From: Candidatus Binatia bacterium
Lineage (GTDB): Bacteria; Desulfobacterota; Binatia; Bin18
Length of the DNA: 64,000 nucleotides
Reading direction: 5' to 3'
Assembly (NCBI GenBank): GCA_963666315.2
Contig: CAXXHG010000015.1
Location: forward strand, 1 to 64,000
The notes beneath the pieces were generated by a model. That model saw only the letters and a list, made by a program, of their open reading frames with translations, was not told where the DNA came from and did not search any database. Shown piece by piece: positions 62,444 to 64,000 of this stretch. Position numbers and translations under genes: made by a program. Position 1 is the first letter of the stretch. The number at the start of each line of letters is the position of its first letter.

Positions 62444-62869
62444 ATGGTCCAGATTATCCGGGTCTCGGCCGGCATCCTGACCCGGCCCTCTCAACTCCTC
62501 ATCTGCCAACGCTGGGCGGATGACTTGCATGCGCTCAAGTGGGAATTTCCGGGCGGCAAGCTGAACAACGGCGAAAATGATGCCGCCTGTCTGCGCCGGG
62601 AGCTACAGGAAGAGCTGGGGATTCAGGCCTCAATCGGTACCGAACTCTACCACACCTCTCACACCTACCCTACTGGTCGCAGTGTGGCACTGACTTTTTT
62701 CCACGTCCCCACGTTCCAAGGTCAGCTCGTCAACCACGTTTTTGAGACGCTCTTATGGGTTAAGCTACCGCAGCTTCGGCAATACGATTTTCTTGAAGGC
62801 AACGCGGAGCTTGTGACCCTCTTGGCTCAGGGCCGTTGGAATTCTCTATTCTTCACGCAATACAGCTAG
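62444..62869 (+). CDS. MutT-like NUDIX hydrolase
   Basis: WEFPGGK...GE...RELQEELGI motif. Confidence 0.85.
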   Translation: MVQIIRVSAGILTRPSQLLICQRWADDLHALKWEFPGGKLNNGENDAACLRRELQEELGIQASIGTELYHTSHTYPTGRSVALTFFHVPTFQGQLVNHVFETLLWVKLPQLRQYDFLEGNAELVTLLAQGRWNSLFFTQYS

Positions 62870-63072
62870 GCGATGTTGCCGCCCTGCTGTCCATGTATCC
62901 CCGCTGCCCTTTTTCGGCACAGCCCTACAACGTATTGGTTTAATTAAATTTTCGTCTCATTCCGCCATTTAGGAAATCGAGAGATCTACCGATAGGTTCA
63001 AGCGATGCAGCCCTCACACATATTACGTACTTCTACGGAACCCTCGACTCAGTCCGCCGGCACCCTCCCAAC

Positions 63073-64000
63073 ATGGAACTCAGAGGACTTTCCGCGATCA
63101 ATCAGGAGGTGCATATTTTGCAGATCCTGCAGACCCTGATTGGTCTAGCCTATTTCTTTCCTCCCGCCGCATTTGTGTATTTTGCGCGAAAAAGAGAGAA
63201 TTCTCTACACATTGGACCCTTTGGTTCTTTGGCATACTCCTCATTATACGTGGAGTGTGCCATTTTGCAGCGGGCTGGACGGTTTTGACTTCGACTTCCC
63301 GGTTACATACGGCCCTTCACATCACAACACCCTTGGCTGCGGCATCAATGGGCGCACTCCTTTGGCCGCTGCTCACACAACGGCACACAACGGCACGCAG
63401 CTCAAACGCTGCGCAAAAGCCATGCTCAACCGCCGATCCCGGTCAGCAATCAGACAACCACACTGACACAAGTAAATGAAGCGCTCGAGCATGAAAGAGC
63501 CAAACACCACCAAGCCGAGCAAGACATTCAACACAAAACGGTCCTTATCCAGTTGCTGCAGGCCGTTGCTGTTGCGGCAACTGAAGCATCCAGCATCGAG
63601 GAAGCCCTACAGGTCTGTCTGGACCGCGTCTATCTCCATACCGGTTGGCCGGCCGGACACGTCTACCTCCCAACCACTGACGGGCAAGAGCTCAGCCCTT
63701 CATCTCTCTGGCATGTGAGAGATCTTGACCGTTTTGAGACCTTCCGCCAGGTAACACAGACTATTCAACTTGCACCTGGAGTCGGGCTGCCTGGACGCGT
63801 GTTCGTCTCTCGTTCCCCAGCCTGGCTTGCCGACATTACGCAAGACACACAATCCCCCACAGCTCAAATCGCACGAGATATCGGACTGAACGCCGGCTTC
63901 GCGCTGCCGGTTCTGGTCGGGGATTAAGTCGTCGCAGTCCTCGAATTTTTTGCCCAAGAAACCAGTCCGCACAGTGCCAAGACGCTCGAGGTTATGGCCC
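63073..64000 (+). pseudogene. Decayed sensor protein: ETR1-type ethylene-binding membrane domain plus GAF (continues past the window)
   Basis: LIGLAYFFPPAAFVYFARKR / WTLWFFGILLIIRGVCH resembles the ETR1 TM domain. GAF motif GVGLPGRV...GFALPV. Several frameshifts and an in-frame TAA at 63925. Confidence 0.7.

Noticed and set aside
4870-63927. Genome-wide stop-codon reassignment to explain the in-frame stops
   Set aside because: TAA, TAG and TGA all terminate core genes normally. The internal stops replace different expected residues (E, Q, W, Y) and co-occur with frameshifts.

Overview
A 64-kb bacterial chromosomal segment with mixed base composition. Its gene content resembles Deltaproteobacteria/Binatia-type metagenome bins (inference only). 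The housekeeping islands are secA, murI, ssrA-smpB-panC-panB, nagZ, mtnA, holA and an sdhA/sdhB/CCG-subunit-like operon. They sit among many catabolic accessory enzymes: SDR, ACAD, LLM, amidohydrolases, a CoA-transferase, a MaoC pair and a GcvT-type dehydrogenase. The accessory genes are eroding, with about ten pseudogenes, several intact ORFs carrying active-site substitutions, and many micro-duplications. The main novelty candidate is an unannotated ~315-nt highly structured RNA (50939-51252, + strand). It has a four-way cloverleaf, a domain caging a 15-nt 16S-complementary SD plus a 14-codon ORF, and a terminal three-way junction, and it is divergent from a gene for an Arg/Gly-repeat protein. 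Also hidden from the ORF track are an intact UGA-recoded selenoprotein (AhpC/TSA-like, W-U-P-F-C, with a SECIS-like hairpin), a decayed deiodinase-like selenoprotein, a SecA with a ~290-aa helical insertion, an SdhA homolog missing a substrate-binding Arg, a decayed ETR1-like sensor, a parS site and a probable pan RNA leader. No CRISPR array, rRNA, tRNA or intact transposase/integrase was seen. All family calls come from reading motifs, without database searches.
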